From NCBI GenBank assembly GCA_041483895.1, contig JBGPGO010000004.1, positions 64,001-128,000 on the forward strand: a stretch of 64,000 nucleotides of DNA, in the 5' to 3' direction. The notes beneath the pieces are model-generated. The model made no database searches. It was not told the DNA's origin and was given only the letters and a program-made list of their open reading frames with translations. This DNA comes from Fimbriimonadia bacterium (GTDB taxonomy: Bacteria > Armatimonadota > Fimbriimonadia > Fimbriimonadales > JABRVX01). This document shows positions 41,072 through 50,499 of this stretch, piece by piece. Every line of letters starts with the position of its first letter. Within the stretch, counting starts at the first letter, position 1. The position numbers and the translations under genes were made by a program.

Positions 41072-41788
41072 TTATTGGCCGCCGAAGAAGACCGAAGAGA
41101 CCTGCGGCAGGCTCGAAAGCTCCTCCACAGCCTTCGCGATGGCTCGGTGAGAAGCGGCGCCGACCTTGATGATCAAATCGTAGGTCCCGCTTTCATTTTG
41201 AGATCGCTCGAAACCGGCCATATCGAGGCCGGCCGATGCGAGCGCGCCGAATACCGGTGTAGCCGCTCCATCGGTCGTTAGGGTCAAGTGCAGCTCATGC
41301 AGCTCTTTGTAGCCCAAAATTCGAGAAGTGAAAGCCTCGACGACGACTAATGTGATGATGGTGAGGACGGTTGCCACCACCGCGACCGCATAGAATTGGC
41401 CCCCAAGCCCCACCGCCATCCCTATGGCAGCCGCGATCCAGATGCTGGCGGCGGAGGTCAGGCCCTTGACTTCCCCGCCCCTTCGCAGAATGGTTCCCGC
41501 GCCCAGAAACCCGACCCCGGAGACGATCTGGGCCGCAATCCGGGAGGGATCGGCGCCGTGCCCGAAATTGATGGAGATGTCGGTCATCAGGGTGCTGCCG
41601 ACAACAATCAGCATGTGAGTGCGGACCCCGGCCGGCCGCCCCGCGCGCTCCCTTTCCCAACCGACGATTCCGCCCAAAAGCGCTGCCAAGCCGAGTTTTA
41701 AGGCAGTTTCCAAGAAGAGGCCCGGGTTCGTGATGCCAAACGCGTCCACGGGGTTCGGTTCGCCGTATTCGCTCCTCGTCCTTCGCAA
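41072..41788 (-). CDS. MgtC/SapB family membrane protein (start uncertain)
   Basis: GWERE, PAGVRTH, DPSRIAAQIVSGVGFLGAG, GLTSAASIW. Confidence 0.93.
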   Translation of the reverse strand: MRRTRSEYGEPNPVDAFGITNPGLFLETALKLGLAALLGGIVGWERERAGRPAGVRTHMLIVVGSTLMTDISINFGHGADPSRIAAQIVSGVGFLGAGTILRRGGEVKGLTSAASIWIAAAIGMAVGLGGQFYAVAVVATVLTIITLVVVEAFTSRILGYKELHELHLTLTTDGAATPVFGALASAGLDMAGFERSQNESGTYDLIIKVGAASHRAIAKAVEELSSLPQVSSVFFGGQ

Positions 41789-41826
41789 TCGAAATCAAAC
41801 CTTTTGCTAACCCTAGCCTGAGGGTA

Positions 41827-41856
41827 TTGACAGGCTCTATTTCCATTGACTACACT
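41827..41856 (+). promoter_or_regulatory. Putative sigma70-type promoter for sigH
   Basis: TTGACA, 18 bp, TACACT. Confidence 0.5.
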
Positions 41857-41921
41857 TCGTGACGAGCAGGCACTGCATTGAATTACCGTTTGAATTCCTA
41901 GGAAGAGTGTGGAGGGCGAAC

Positions 41922-42560
41922 TTGATCGCTCCTGGTATTTCCGATACGCCGGGGTTGTGTTTTGGGAGAATGCAGGATGAGGACGTCGTCCGTATCGCCA
42001 AGCGGGGAGACTTCCGCGCGACCGAATATCTGATCGGACGCTACCGAACTCTTGTCGAAAGCAAAGCCCGGGCCTATTTCTTGATTGGCGCAGACCACGA
42101 AGACGTCATTCAGGAAGGCATGATCGGCCTCTGCAAGGCGATCCGTGACTTCCGTAGCGATCGGCTTTCCAAATTTCGACCTTTTGCGGAGCTATGCGTC
42201 ACCCGGCAGATCATCACTGCCGTCAAGACCGCTACCAGGCAAAAACACGGGCCTCTGAACGCCTATGTCTCCCTCAACCGGCCGGTTTCCCCGGATGACA
42301 TGGATGGTTCCCTGATGGATGTCATTCCTGACCGGAACAGCGCCGACCCCGAGGCTCTCCTCATGGTCCGGAAGCTGCCCGTCAACCTCCACGCGGCGGT
42401 CGAACCCGTTCTCAGCGACCTGGAAGGCAGGGTTTTGAAGTGCTACTTAGACGGCAAATCTTACCGGGAAATGTCCGTCGAGCTGGAATGCCACACCAAG
42501 TCTATCGACAATGCCCTTCAGCGTGTGAAACGCAAGATCGGGCAGCTTTTTAAGGACTAA
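41922..42560 (+). CDS. sigH: RNA polymerase sigma factor SigH family
   Basis: YFLIGADHEDVIQEGMIGL, FAELCVTRQIITAVKTATRQKHGPLN, KSIDNALQRVKRK; TTG start after GGAGG. Confidence 0.92.
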   Translation: MIAPGISDTPGLCFGRMQDEDVVRIAKRGDFRATEYLIGRYRTLVESKARAYFLIGADHEDVIQEGMIGLCKAIRDFRSDRLSKFRPFAELCVTRQIITAVKTATRQKHGPLNAYVSLNRPVSPDDMDGSLMDVIPDRNSADPEALLMVRKLPVNLHAAVEPVLSDLEGRVLKCYLDGKSYREMSVELECHTKSIDNALQRVKRKIGQLFKD

Positions 42561-42671
42561 ACCCGCCTCAACATCCTGCCGACACTGTTGAATGTGAGCA
42601 GTGCCTGTGCAAGCGACTGTGCGTTCTTGCTCTTCTGAGGAGGTTGCTTCATGTTTGGATGGTTTTCGCCT

Positions 42672-43877
42672 ATGAGGGGATATTCGTACCGAATTGCCGG
42701 TCTGGCCGTCGGTCTGGCGACAGTCGGTTGGATGGCAGGCTGCGGCGGCGGCGGCAGCAACAACGACCCCAACACCGCTTTCAACGGCGGCATTTTTAGT
42801 AACGGCGCTTCCCGCGGCAGGGCCGCCCAGCCGATCGCGGGCGCGAATGTCGCCATTTCTGTCTACACGACCGGAGAAAACCTCGGCAGCGCCACCTCCG
42901 ATGCCAATGGGAGCTTTAGCGCCAGCATCCGCACCCTGCCCCCCGGCACGGTGCTGCTGCTTGTCGGAACAGGCTCGACGGCAGGCGGAGCGGTCACCGT
43001 CAAGGGACTGATTGGCATGCCGAGTGCGGGCGCCGTCATCCGCGTCGATCCGGAGACTACAATTGCCGCCAATGGGCTGGCTCGCGTGGTCACCGCCGGG
43101 GCATCGAAGAACGTGATTACGGCGGACGTGGCCGCGCAGGCGCTTAACGCTGTCCGGGCGGCTACCGCAGCCGGTTCCGTCGACCTGGATACCGTCGATT
43201 TCCGCAGCCAAGCCTCCGTCGACGCGGCAACAACGGCGGCGGTCGGCAACGTGGCCCTCGTGACCTCAAACACCACTGCCCGGGTTTTCGTCGACAACGT
43301 GGACACCGGCAAGAACGCCCCGCACCTGGAAGTTGCATTGGCCGCCGGGGCCCACACGTTCCGGGTCCAGACCAGCACCCAGACTTCTGAGAACTCGGTG
43401 AACGTGCCGGCGGACGGCGCGGCATGGGTCGATCTGAACCTGGTCTCCGGCGGCGGGTCGGTTCCGAGTTCCGGAACTTTTGGCGGCTCGATGACATTCA
43501 ACGTCAACGACGAGACAATCGCCAGTCCGGCATCCGCAGTGAGCATCCAGCAGGTGGACGGCTTCCCGAACAAGCGATTGGTTACCATTAGCCTGCACGG
43601 CGTGAACGGCCTACCCCTGGACCGGGCGATCCACCTTCAGGGAACGGCCGATGCAACGGCGGGGGATAAGCTGTCTGGATCAGCCGGTTCGGCGAGCGGA
43701 TCGACGATTCGGGCCGATTTCGTGAGCGGCACGAGCACGGTCACGCAATTCCAGGAGATTGTGGAGAGTTCCACATTCAATCTCACGTTCAACGCGGACG
43801 GGACCGTGAGCTTCACTTTGAGCGCGAACTCGGCGCTGCTGTCGGGGAGCGCTTCCGGGACCTTGCCCGGACTCTAG
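42672..43877 (+). CDS. Lipoprotein with PEGA-like domain
   Basis: Lipobox MAGC followed by GGGGS; ARVFVDNVDTGKNAP...AAGAHTFRV. Confidence 0.75.
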   Translation: MRGYSYRIAGLAVGLATVGWMAGCGGGGSNNDPNTAFNGGIFSNGASRGRAAQPIAGANVAISVYTTGENLGSATSDANGSFSASIRTLPPGTVLLLVGTGSTAGGAVTVKGLIGMPSAGAVIRVDPETTIAANGLARVVTAGASKNVITADVAAQALNAVRAATAAGSVDLDTVDFRSQASVDAATTAAVGNVALVTSNTTARVFVDNVDTGKNAPHLEVALAAGAHTFRVQTSTQTSENSVNVPADGAAWVDLNLVSGGGSVPSSGTFGGSMTFNVNDETIASPASAVSIQQVDGFPNKRLVTISLHGVNGLPLDRAIHLQGTADATAGDKLSGSAGSASGSTIRADFVSGTSTVTQFQEIVESSTFNLTFNADGTVSFTLSANSALLSGSASGTLPGL

Positions 43878-44058
43878 CAATCAGCGGTCTTTGACCAAGC
43901 TGCCGGTGGGTCGTCAGTCGGGGGTATGGCGACCCTTCGGCGTTTAAGGCCAAACTCCCTGGAATACCGAGAAAAACCGGGTTTTCCCGTTTCATGCCGG
44001 CCAATTGAGTCGTCATATAGATTGCGGTTCAAATCTGCCGGGAAGGAAGCAAACGCGC

Positions 44059-44895
44059 ATGCCATACCTGATTGTGATCGCCTCTCTCATCGCGTCTGCG
44101 AATGTCGGCCCCCACGATCGTGGCGCCGTCGCGAATAATTGGGCAATCAACATTTATGCCGGAGAGGCCAAGCGCCGGCCCTACGATCAACATGTGCGGC
44201 AATATAGCTGGATGAATCAGATTGCGCGACCGCAATTGGGCTCGAACAGCAGCTCGTGGGAGGCGGCGGCAAAAAGCAACGGCGACGTGGGAGCTTTGTA
44301 TCCGCAGTGGTTTCCGCCTTCAGGCAACTACACGGAAGAGACCCCGCGATCCCCGTACACGGGAGGACCGAAGCAGCGCTGCAGCATCCTAAGAATGTCT
44401 CCCAATTGGGCCACGCTCATGTTTCGCGCGATTTCTGAACAAGGTTGGAGCGAGAAGCGGCTCCTGTTGGATACGGCGTTCGGCCGTTCGATGAATGCGC
44501 AGGAAGTTCGGCAGGTCGTCGAGCTGGGCGGGTATCTCGGAACGTCACGGTGTCCGTCCTACATTGTCAACGTCTGGGCCGGCGTGGACGATATGAAGGC
44601 AATGGCCGCTGCCGGTTGGATCGTGATGAAAGAGACGCCGCGGTTCGACCAGCCGCCGGAGAACATTCAATTCGGGATGGACCAAGTAAAGCGTCTTTGC
44701 CGGGAAATGCCGCCTGGGAAGCTTATCCTATTCCCGCGCGTCACAAAGGATTGGCGAACCGATCCCCGTGGATTTCGCGAGCAGGTGGGGGCAATTGTAT
44801 CCGAGGTCAAGAAATATGGGCAGATGATCTGCGCCCGGCTCCCAGATGATACGGAATGCCCCGCGGAAGAGATGGAGAAGCTGTTTCCCGACTGA
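44059..44895 (+). CDS. Hypothetical secreted protein
   Basis: Hydrophobic N-terminus after GAAGGA RBS; long ORF; no family recognised. Confidence 0.65.
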   Translation: MPYLIVIASLIASANVGPHDRGAVANNWAINIYAGEAKRRPYDQHVRQYSWMNQIARPQLGSNSSSWEAAAKSNGDVGALYPQWFPPSGNYTEETPRSPYTGGPKQRCSILRMSPNWATLMFRAISEQGWSEKRLLLDTAFGRSMNAQEVRQVVELGGYLGTSRCPSYIVNVWAGVDDMKAMAAAGWIVMKETPRFDQPPENIQFGMDQVKRLCREMPPGKLILFPRVTKDWRTDPRGFREQVGAIVSEVKKYGQMICARLPDDTECPAEEMEKLFPD

Positions 44896-44903
44896 TCCCA
44901 CAG

Positions 44904-44926
44904 CGCAAGCTAAAGCGTGCGGCTAC
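44904..44926 (-). repeat. REP-like element (GTAGCCGCA family) overlapping the deacetylase 3' end
   Basis: GTAGCCGCACGCTTTAGCTTGCG, similar to 62677-62699. Confidence 0.55.
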
Positions 44927-45773
44927 CGGCGTGCGGCACCCCGCGCGGCAACTTGCGCGAAGCCAATTTGGCCGTCTTGCGATGGAGACCTTTGGCAAGC
45001 TCGGATATCGTGACGAACTGATACCCCTCTTTGCGCAGCGTCTCGATAATGTCAGGCAGTGCGGCCATCGTCTCCGGAATCCCGTCATGAAACAGAATGA
45101 TGCCTCCGGGCCGGATTTTCCCCAACACCCGCTCTCGGATTGTCGCCGAAGTCGGATATCTGAAGTCTTTGGGGGCAACCGTCCAGAATACCGGCGTCAA
45201 TCCGCAGACGTGGGCGGCTTCCAGCACGAGATTGTTGTATTCCCCTCCCGGCGGGCGGCAGAACTTGGGCTCCACACCAATCACGCTCTTGATGGCCTCG
45301 TTACACGCCTCCCACTCGTGTACGATCTGCGCCGTATCCAACGTCGGGAGCTTGGGATGGCTGAAGGTGTGGTTTTCGATGTCATGCCCAGCCTCGTTTT
45401 CCGCCTTCACGAGATCGGGATGGAGCTCCACCATTCGGCCGACCACGAAGAAGGTGGCCTTGACGTTTTCCTTCTTGAGGATTTCTAAGAGTGTCGGGGT
45501 GAATTTGGGATGGGGGCCGTCATCGAAGGTCAGGGCCACCTCTTTGACATGGGCATTGCCCTGATAGATGCGCGGAAAGCGTTTCCAGCCCGCGACCTCC
45601 GCATTGAGCTTTTTCTCCAGCTCCGTCCCCGAGGCGTACGATTCGTGCTGGCCGACGCCGTAGCCAGGCGCGGAGGGCTCCAGGGACTGAACCGAAACTC
45701 GGCGCTCGGACGACTGTTGACATCCGAACAGACAAAGCAGGCTCGCAGCCAAGAGAAATGAAGGGAGTTTCAT
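44910..45773 (-). CDS. Polysaccharide deacetylase (NodB/CE4) lipoprotein
   Basis: Lipobox LFGC; ALTFDDGP, NHTFSH, RPPGG, ILFHDG. Confidence 0.93.
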   Translation of the reverse strand: MKLPSFLLAASLLCLFGCQQSSERRVSVQSLEPSAPGYGVGQHESYASGTELEKKLNAEVAGWKRFPRIYQGNAHVKEVALTFDDGPHPKFTPTLLEILKKENVKATFFVVGRMVELHPDLVKAENEAGHDIENHTFSHPKLPTLDTAQIVHEWEACNEAIKSVIGVEPKFCRPPGGEYNNLVLEAAHVCGLTPVFWTVAPKDFRYPTSATIRERVLGKIRPGGIILFHDGIPETMAALPDIIETLRKEGYQFVTISELAKGLHRKTAKLASRKLPRGVPHAGSRTL

Positions 45774-45828
45774 TCGCCTGATCAGTATGATTGCCAATTC
45801 CCCGGAAAGTATAGAGGTCGTTTGCAGA

Positions 45829-45903
45829 TGGTGGGCGGTACTGGATTTGAACCAGTGACCTCCTCGGTGTGAACGAGGCGCTCTACCCCTGAGCCAACCG
45901 CCC
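45829..45903 (-). tRNA. tRNA-Val (anticodon CAC)
   Basis: GGGCGGTTGGCTCAGGGGTAGAGCG-CCTCG-TTCACAC-CGAGG-AGGTCACTGGTTCAAATCCAGTACCGCCCACCA; cloverleaf with encoded CCA. Confidence 0.97.
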
Positions 45904-45958
45904 GCAAGCGGCATTTTAGCACGTCCCGAACGGGGGGTTTCCAGGTATCGTTCCCTCC

Positions 45959-46345
45959 GTGACAGAGGAGCATAGACAACAGGGTGACGAGCGCGCGGAG
46001 GAGGTAGCGGAAAGAGAGCGCGAGCTTCTCGACCAGGTGCATTCGGCCGGTTCGGCGGAACTGCCCGACGTACCGGAATTGCGATACGAACGGCCCAAGG
46101 CGTCGCCTGAATCCCAAGCGCTTGGCGGGACAATGGGCACCAACCGAGCCGCCGCTTTGGCAATGACCGTCCTTTACGCGATGGTGGGCCCGCCCGTCGT
46201 TGGTCTGCTGCTCGGGATGTGGATCGACAATAAGTACCATACCGCACCGTTTTGGACCTCAGTCTGCTTCATGATCGGCGCCGGAGGCGGGCTGGCGCTG
46301 ATGATCCGCTTGCTTTTGAAGCTCAGCCGCGATGAGGACCGGTAA
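45959..46345 (+). CDS. AtpZ/AtpI (ATPase gene 1)-like membrane protein
   Basis: VGLLLGMWIDNKYHTAPFWTSVCFMIGAGGG, two TM helices. Confidence 0.7.
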   Translation: MTEEHRQQGDERAEEVAERERELLDQVHSAGSAELPDVPELRYERPKASPESQALGGTMGTNRAAALAMTVLYAMVGPPVVGLLLGMWIDNKYHTAPFWTSVCFMIGAGGGLALMIRLLLKLSRDEDR

Positions 46346-46562
46346 ATTGCGTCGGGAATGAGTCTCTGGCCCTGTGAACCGCGGCGAATCTTAGACCTGA
46401 TACCCCGAGGAACGGCCTGTGAATCGGGTAAAATTTGAGCCGCAGCGGGGGATAACGTCCGACGTAGATACCGGTCATCCAATAATTGACGTAGAACGGA
46501 GCGGAGCCGCCCGTCCGAATGCGGCACGCCGTCTGGGCGTCAACCAGCCAGGAAACGGAACC

Positions 46563-49352
46563 ATGAAACAGTCGAAGCAGTTGCCAAGCAGCGAGAGTCT
46601 CGGGTTCATCGAAGAGATTTACAGTCAATACGTCAAAGACCCCTCCTCGATCGGCAAGGATTGGCGGCAGTACTTTGAGGGACTGCTGAATGGGGACGTA
46701 TTGTCGCGTGGCTTCCGAACGGAACCTTCGTTCCTGCCCTCCAGCATTTTCCATACGAACGGCGGGGTAGCCGCGCCCAGCCCATCGGGCCAGACGTCGG
46801 AGGCCGAGCTTCAGCAGCGGGTCGGCATGCTGGTACGGAACTATCGCGTCCGGGGGCACAAAGTGTCGGATGTAAATCCGTTGCCTGTTCCGAAACCATC
46901 GCTGGTGGAGTTGGACCCTGGCTACTTTGGGATTACGGAAGCGGACATGGACCGCGTGGTGGCGGCGGATACATTGGTCGGTGTCGGCCCAATCAAGGTC
47001 CGAGAGGTTATCCAGCGGCTGCAAAACACGTATTGCCGGTTCATCGGCGTGCAGTTCATGCACATTGACGACCTAAATGTCCGAGAATGGCTGCAGCGAC
47101 GCATGGAGATGACGGAGAACCGGCTCGCCATGTCCCGCGAAGAGCAGCTTCGCATCCTGACTCGACTTACCGATGCCGCGATGTTCGAGGACTTCATACT
47201 CAAGAAGTTCATTGGCGCAAAGAGCTTTTCGCTGAAAGGGTCGGAGAGCCTGATCCCGCTGCTCGAATTGGCGATCGAGAAGGCCGGCAAGCAGGGAATT
47301 CTGGAGATTGAGCTGGCAATGGCTCATCGTGGGCGGCTCAACGTGTTGGTAAACATCCTCAACAAGAGCCCACAGGACATTTTTCGGCTATTCGAAGACG
47401 CGGACGCTGAATACTACAAGGGCAGGGGCGACGTCAAATATCACCTTGGCTTCAGCAGCACCTGGACGACGCAGGAAGGCAAGGAGATCCACCTTTCGCT
47501 GTGCTTCAACCCCAGCCACCTGCAATACGTGAATACCGTGGCGCTGGGCCGGATGCGGGCGAAGCAGGACCGTGCGGGCGACACAGGCCGCGAGAAAGGT
47601 ATGGCACTTCTGATCCACGGCGACGCCGCGTTCGCCGGCCAGGGAATCAACCAGGAAACGCTCAACTTGAGCGAGTTGAAGAACTATTCGACAGGCGGGA
47701 CGCTGCACGTCATCACGAACAACCAGCTCGGGTTCACGACCCCGCCGGAAGAGGGACGCTCGACTCAGTATGCGAGCGATATCGCGAAGATGCTCCAAAG
47801 CCCGATCTTCCACGTGAACGGCGAGGACCCGGAGGCGGTCGCACAGGTGGTTTCGATGGCGATGGACTTCCGCCACGAGTTCAAGCGAGACGTTGTGATC
47901 GACATGTACGGTTTTCGACGCTACGGGCACAACGAGACCGACGAGCCGTCCTTCACTCAACCCAAGATGTACGAAATGATCGCAAAACGCAGGTCGGTGT
48001 ATGAAGGTTATCTGGAGCACATGCTTGCGCTGGGTGGGATCTCGCGCGACGAGGCGGATTCGATCGCTTCACGGCAGCGCGAGTACTTCGAGCAGGAGCT
48101 TTCCAAGGCGAGGAGCCATGACTACGAAGTGCGTGGTGAAAAGCTGAAGGGCATTTGGGCGCCGTATATCGGCGGTTCCGCGGCGCATGCGGATTGGCCG
48201 GAGACGAAGCTGCCAAAGACGCGATTGACCGCCATTCTAGAGGCCCAAACCAAGCTTCCGGACGGGTTCCATCTCCATCCGAAGCTGGACCGGATGATGA
48301 CGCAGAAATTGGACATGGCGGCCGGGAAGAAGCCTCTCGACTGGGCCGGTGCGGAGTCCCTTGCGTTTGGCAGCCTGGCGATGGAAGGGTATCGGGTTCG
48401 GCTGTCCGGTCAAGATTCGGGACGAGGGACGTTCAGTCAACGGCATGCCATCTTGCACGACTATGAGACCGGCGATCGGTACGTGCCCTTGCAGCATTTG
48501 GCGCCCGACCAGGCGCCTTTGGAGATATTGAACAGCCCGCTGTCGGAGTTGGGTGTGCTTGGTTTTGAGTACGGATACAGTCTTGACTATCCCGACGCGC
48601 TGGTTCTCTGGGAAGCGCAGTTTGGTGACTTCGTCAATGCGGCGCAAGTTATCGTGGACCAGTTTGTCACGAGTTCCGAGATCAAGTGGAATCGCTTGAC
48701 TGGGTTGGTGATGCTTCTGCCGCACGGTTTGGAAGGACAGGGGGCCGAGCATTCCAGTTGCCGCATTGAGCGTTTCCTCGAGTTGGCCGAAGACGACAAC
48801 ATTCAGATCATGAACCTGACAACGCCTGCGCAGTACTTCCACGGATTGCGCCTGCAAGCGATTCGGAAATGGCGCAAGCCGCTGATCATTGCTACCCCCA
48901 AGAGCCTCCTTCGCCATCCGGAAGCGATTTCGAGCTTGGACGACCTTGCAAAGGGAGGCTTCCAAACGGTGATCGCCGATGAAGAGGTCAAGACCGCGAA
49001 GGCGGTTCTGCTCTGCACGGGCAAAGTCTATTACGATCTGTTGCATGCTCGAAAAGATCGTGGGCGGCGCGACGTTGCGATTGTTCGGTTGGAGCAGATC
49101 TATCCGTTCCCAGAGGAGGTCCTTTCCGGTGTGTTGGCACGGTACGGAAAGACGACACCTGTCGTCTGGGTGCAGGAGGAACCGGGCAACATGGCGGTTT
49201 ATCCCTGCCTCCGACAAAAGTATTGTGAAAATCTGCTTGGCCACCCGCTCTCGCTGGTCTCTCGCCCCAATTCGCCGAGCCCGGCGACGGGCCATGCAAG
49301 CAGCCACAAGTTGGAGCAGCAAATTCTGGTTGATGAAGCGCTGAGCATATAG
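46563..49352 (+). CDS. sucA: 2-oxoglutarate dehydrogenase E1
   Basis: MAHRGRLN, GDVKYHLG, HGDAAFAGQG, RLSGQDSGRGTFSQRH, WEAQFGDF, TPKSLLRH. Confidence 0.95.
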   Translation: MKQSKQLPSSESLGFIEEIYSQYVKDPSSIGKDWRQYFEGLLNGDVLSRGFRTEPSFLPSSIFHTNGGVAAPSPSGQTSEAELQQRVGMLVRNYRVRGHKVSDVNPLPVPKPSLVELDPGYFGITEADMDRVVAADTLVGVGPIKVREVIQRLQNTYCRFIGVQFMHIDDLNVREWLQRRMEMTENRLAMSREEQLRILTRLTDAAMFEDFILKKFIGAKSFSLKGSESLIPLLELAIEKAGKQGILEIELAMAHRGRLNVLVNILNKSPQDIFRLFEDADAEYYKGRGDVKYHLGFSSTWTTQEGKEIHLSLCFNPSHLQYVNTVALGRMRAKQDRAGDTGREKGMALLIHGDAAFAGQGINQETLNLSELKNYSTGGTLHVITNNQLGFTTPPEEGRSTQYASDIAKMLQSPIFHVNGEDPEAVAQVVSMAMDFRHEFKRDVVIDMYGFRRYGHNETDEPSFTQPKMYEMIAKRRSVYEGYLEHMLALGGISRDEADSIASRQREYFEQELSKARSHDYEVRGEKLKGIWAPYIGGSAAHADWPETKLPKTRLTAILEAQTKLPDGFHLHPKLDRMMTQKLDMAAGKKPLDWAGAESLAFGSLAMEGYRVRLSGQDSGRGTFSQRHAILHDYETGDRYVPLQHLAPDQAPLEILNSPLSELGVLGFEYGYSLDYPDALVLWEAQFGDFVNAAQVIVDQFVTSSEIKWNRLTGLVMLLPHGLEGQGAEHSSCRIERFLELAEDDNIQIMNLTTPAQYFHGLRLQAIRKWRKPLIIATPKSLLRHPEAISSLDDLAKGGFQTVIADEEVKTAKAVLLCTGKVYYDLLHARKDRGRRDVAIVRLEQIYPFPEEVLSGVLARYGKTTPVVWVQEEPGNMAVYPCLRQKYCENLLGHPLSLVSRPNSPSPATGHASSHKLEQQILVDEALSI

Positions 49353-49362
49353 GAGTCTTGAC

Positions 49363-50499
49363 ATGGCAGTCGAGTTGAAAGTCCCGTCGGTCGGTGAATC
49401 GATCACAGAGGTCCAGATCGCGCAATGGCTCAAAGGCGAAGGCGAGCAGGTGCAAAAGGACGAGAACATCGTGGAACTGGAGACGGATAAGGCCACGCTG
49501 GAGCTGCCCGCTCCCGTTTCCGGCATCCTAAAAGGCATCGTCAAGAAGGTCGGTGACATGGCCAATGTCGGTGACATCATCGGCTACATGGAAGAGGGCG
49601 CCGTGGCGACGGCTGGACCTCCGCCGCCAGCTCAGGCGAAGAAATCGGTTCCGGAAGCCCGCGTCATGCCCGCTGCCGCGCGAGCGTTGGCGGAAAAGGG
49701 ATTGAAGCCGGAGGATGTTGCGGCGACGGGTCCGGGGGGCCGGCTATTGAAAGAGGACGTTGTGCGACACGAGACCAAGGCGGTTCCAGCCGTCAACGGC
49801 CGCCACGAGGATGTAGTTCCGATGAGCCCGCTCCGAAAACGAGTGGCCGCGCGGTTAGTAGAGTCGCAGCAGACGACGGCCCACCTGACAACATTCAACG
49901 AGATCGACATGTCAAACGTGATGGCTTTGCGCAAGCAGTATCAGGAGGAGTTCCAAGCCAAGAACGGGATCAAGCTGGGAATCATGTCGTTTTTCGTCAA
50001 GGCGGCCATCGACGGACTGAAAATGATCCCGCAGCTCAATGCAGAGATCCGCGGTACGGACATCGTGTACAAGAACTACTACGATATCGGCGTAGCTGTC
50101 CAGAGCGCGAAGGGGCTGGTTGTTCCGGTGATTCGATCGGCGGAACAGATGAGCTTTGCCGAACTGGAAAAGGTGATTAGCGATTTCGCCGTGCGGGCCA
50201 GGGATAACAAGATCGCGATCGAGGAACTGGAAGGCGGAACGTTTACAATCAGCAACGGCGGCGTGTTCGGATCTCTGATGGCGACACCGATTATCAATCC
50301 TCCGCAGAGCGGCGTGCTGGGAATGCACGCGATTAAGGATCGGCCCGTCGTGGTGGATGGCGCGATTGTGATCCGGCCAATGATGTATGTGGCCCTCACG
50401 TACGATCATCGCATTGTGGACGGCCGCGAATCCGTCACCTTCCTAAAGCGCATCAAAGAGTGCGTTGAGAATCCGACAAGGATGTTGTTGGAAATCTAG
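49363..50499 (+). CDS. sucB: Dihydrolipoamide succinyltransferase E2
   Basis: Lipoyl motif ETDKA, LTTFNEIDM, GGTFTISNGG, TYDHRIVDG. Confidence 0.96.
   Translation: MAVELKVPSVGESITEVQIAQWLKGEGEQVQKDENIVELETDKATLELPAPVSGILKGIVKKVGDMANVGDIIGYMEEGAVATAGPPPPAQAKKSVPEARVMPAAARALAEKGLKPEDVAATGPGGRLLKEDVVRHETKAVPAVNGRHEDVVPMSPLRKRVAARLVESQQTTAHLTTFNEIDMSNVMALRKQYQEEFQAKNGIKLGIMSFFVKAAIDGLKMIPQLNAEIRGTDIVYKNYYDIGVAVQSAKGLVVPVIRSAEQMSFAELEKVISDFAVRARDNKIAIEELEGGTFTISNGGVFGSLMATPIINPPQSGVLGMHAIKDRPVVVDGAIVIRPMMYVALTYDHRIVDGRESVTFLKRIKECVENPTRMLLEI

Noticed and set aside
45780..45903. tRNA-Val as an integration site of a genomic island
   Set aside because: No integrase and no duplicated tRNA 3' end noticed in the window.
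45774..46247. N-terminal extension of the deacetylase ORF to 46247
   Set aside because: It runs through tRNA-Val and the opposite-strand gene; the lipoprotein signal begins at 45773.
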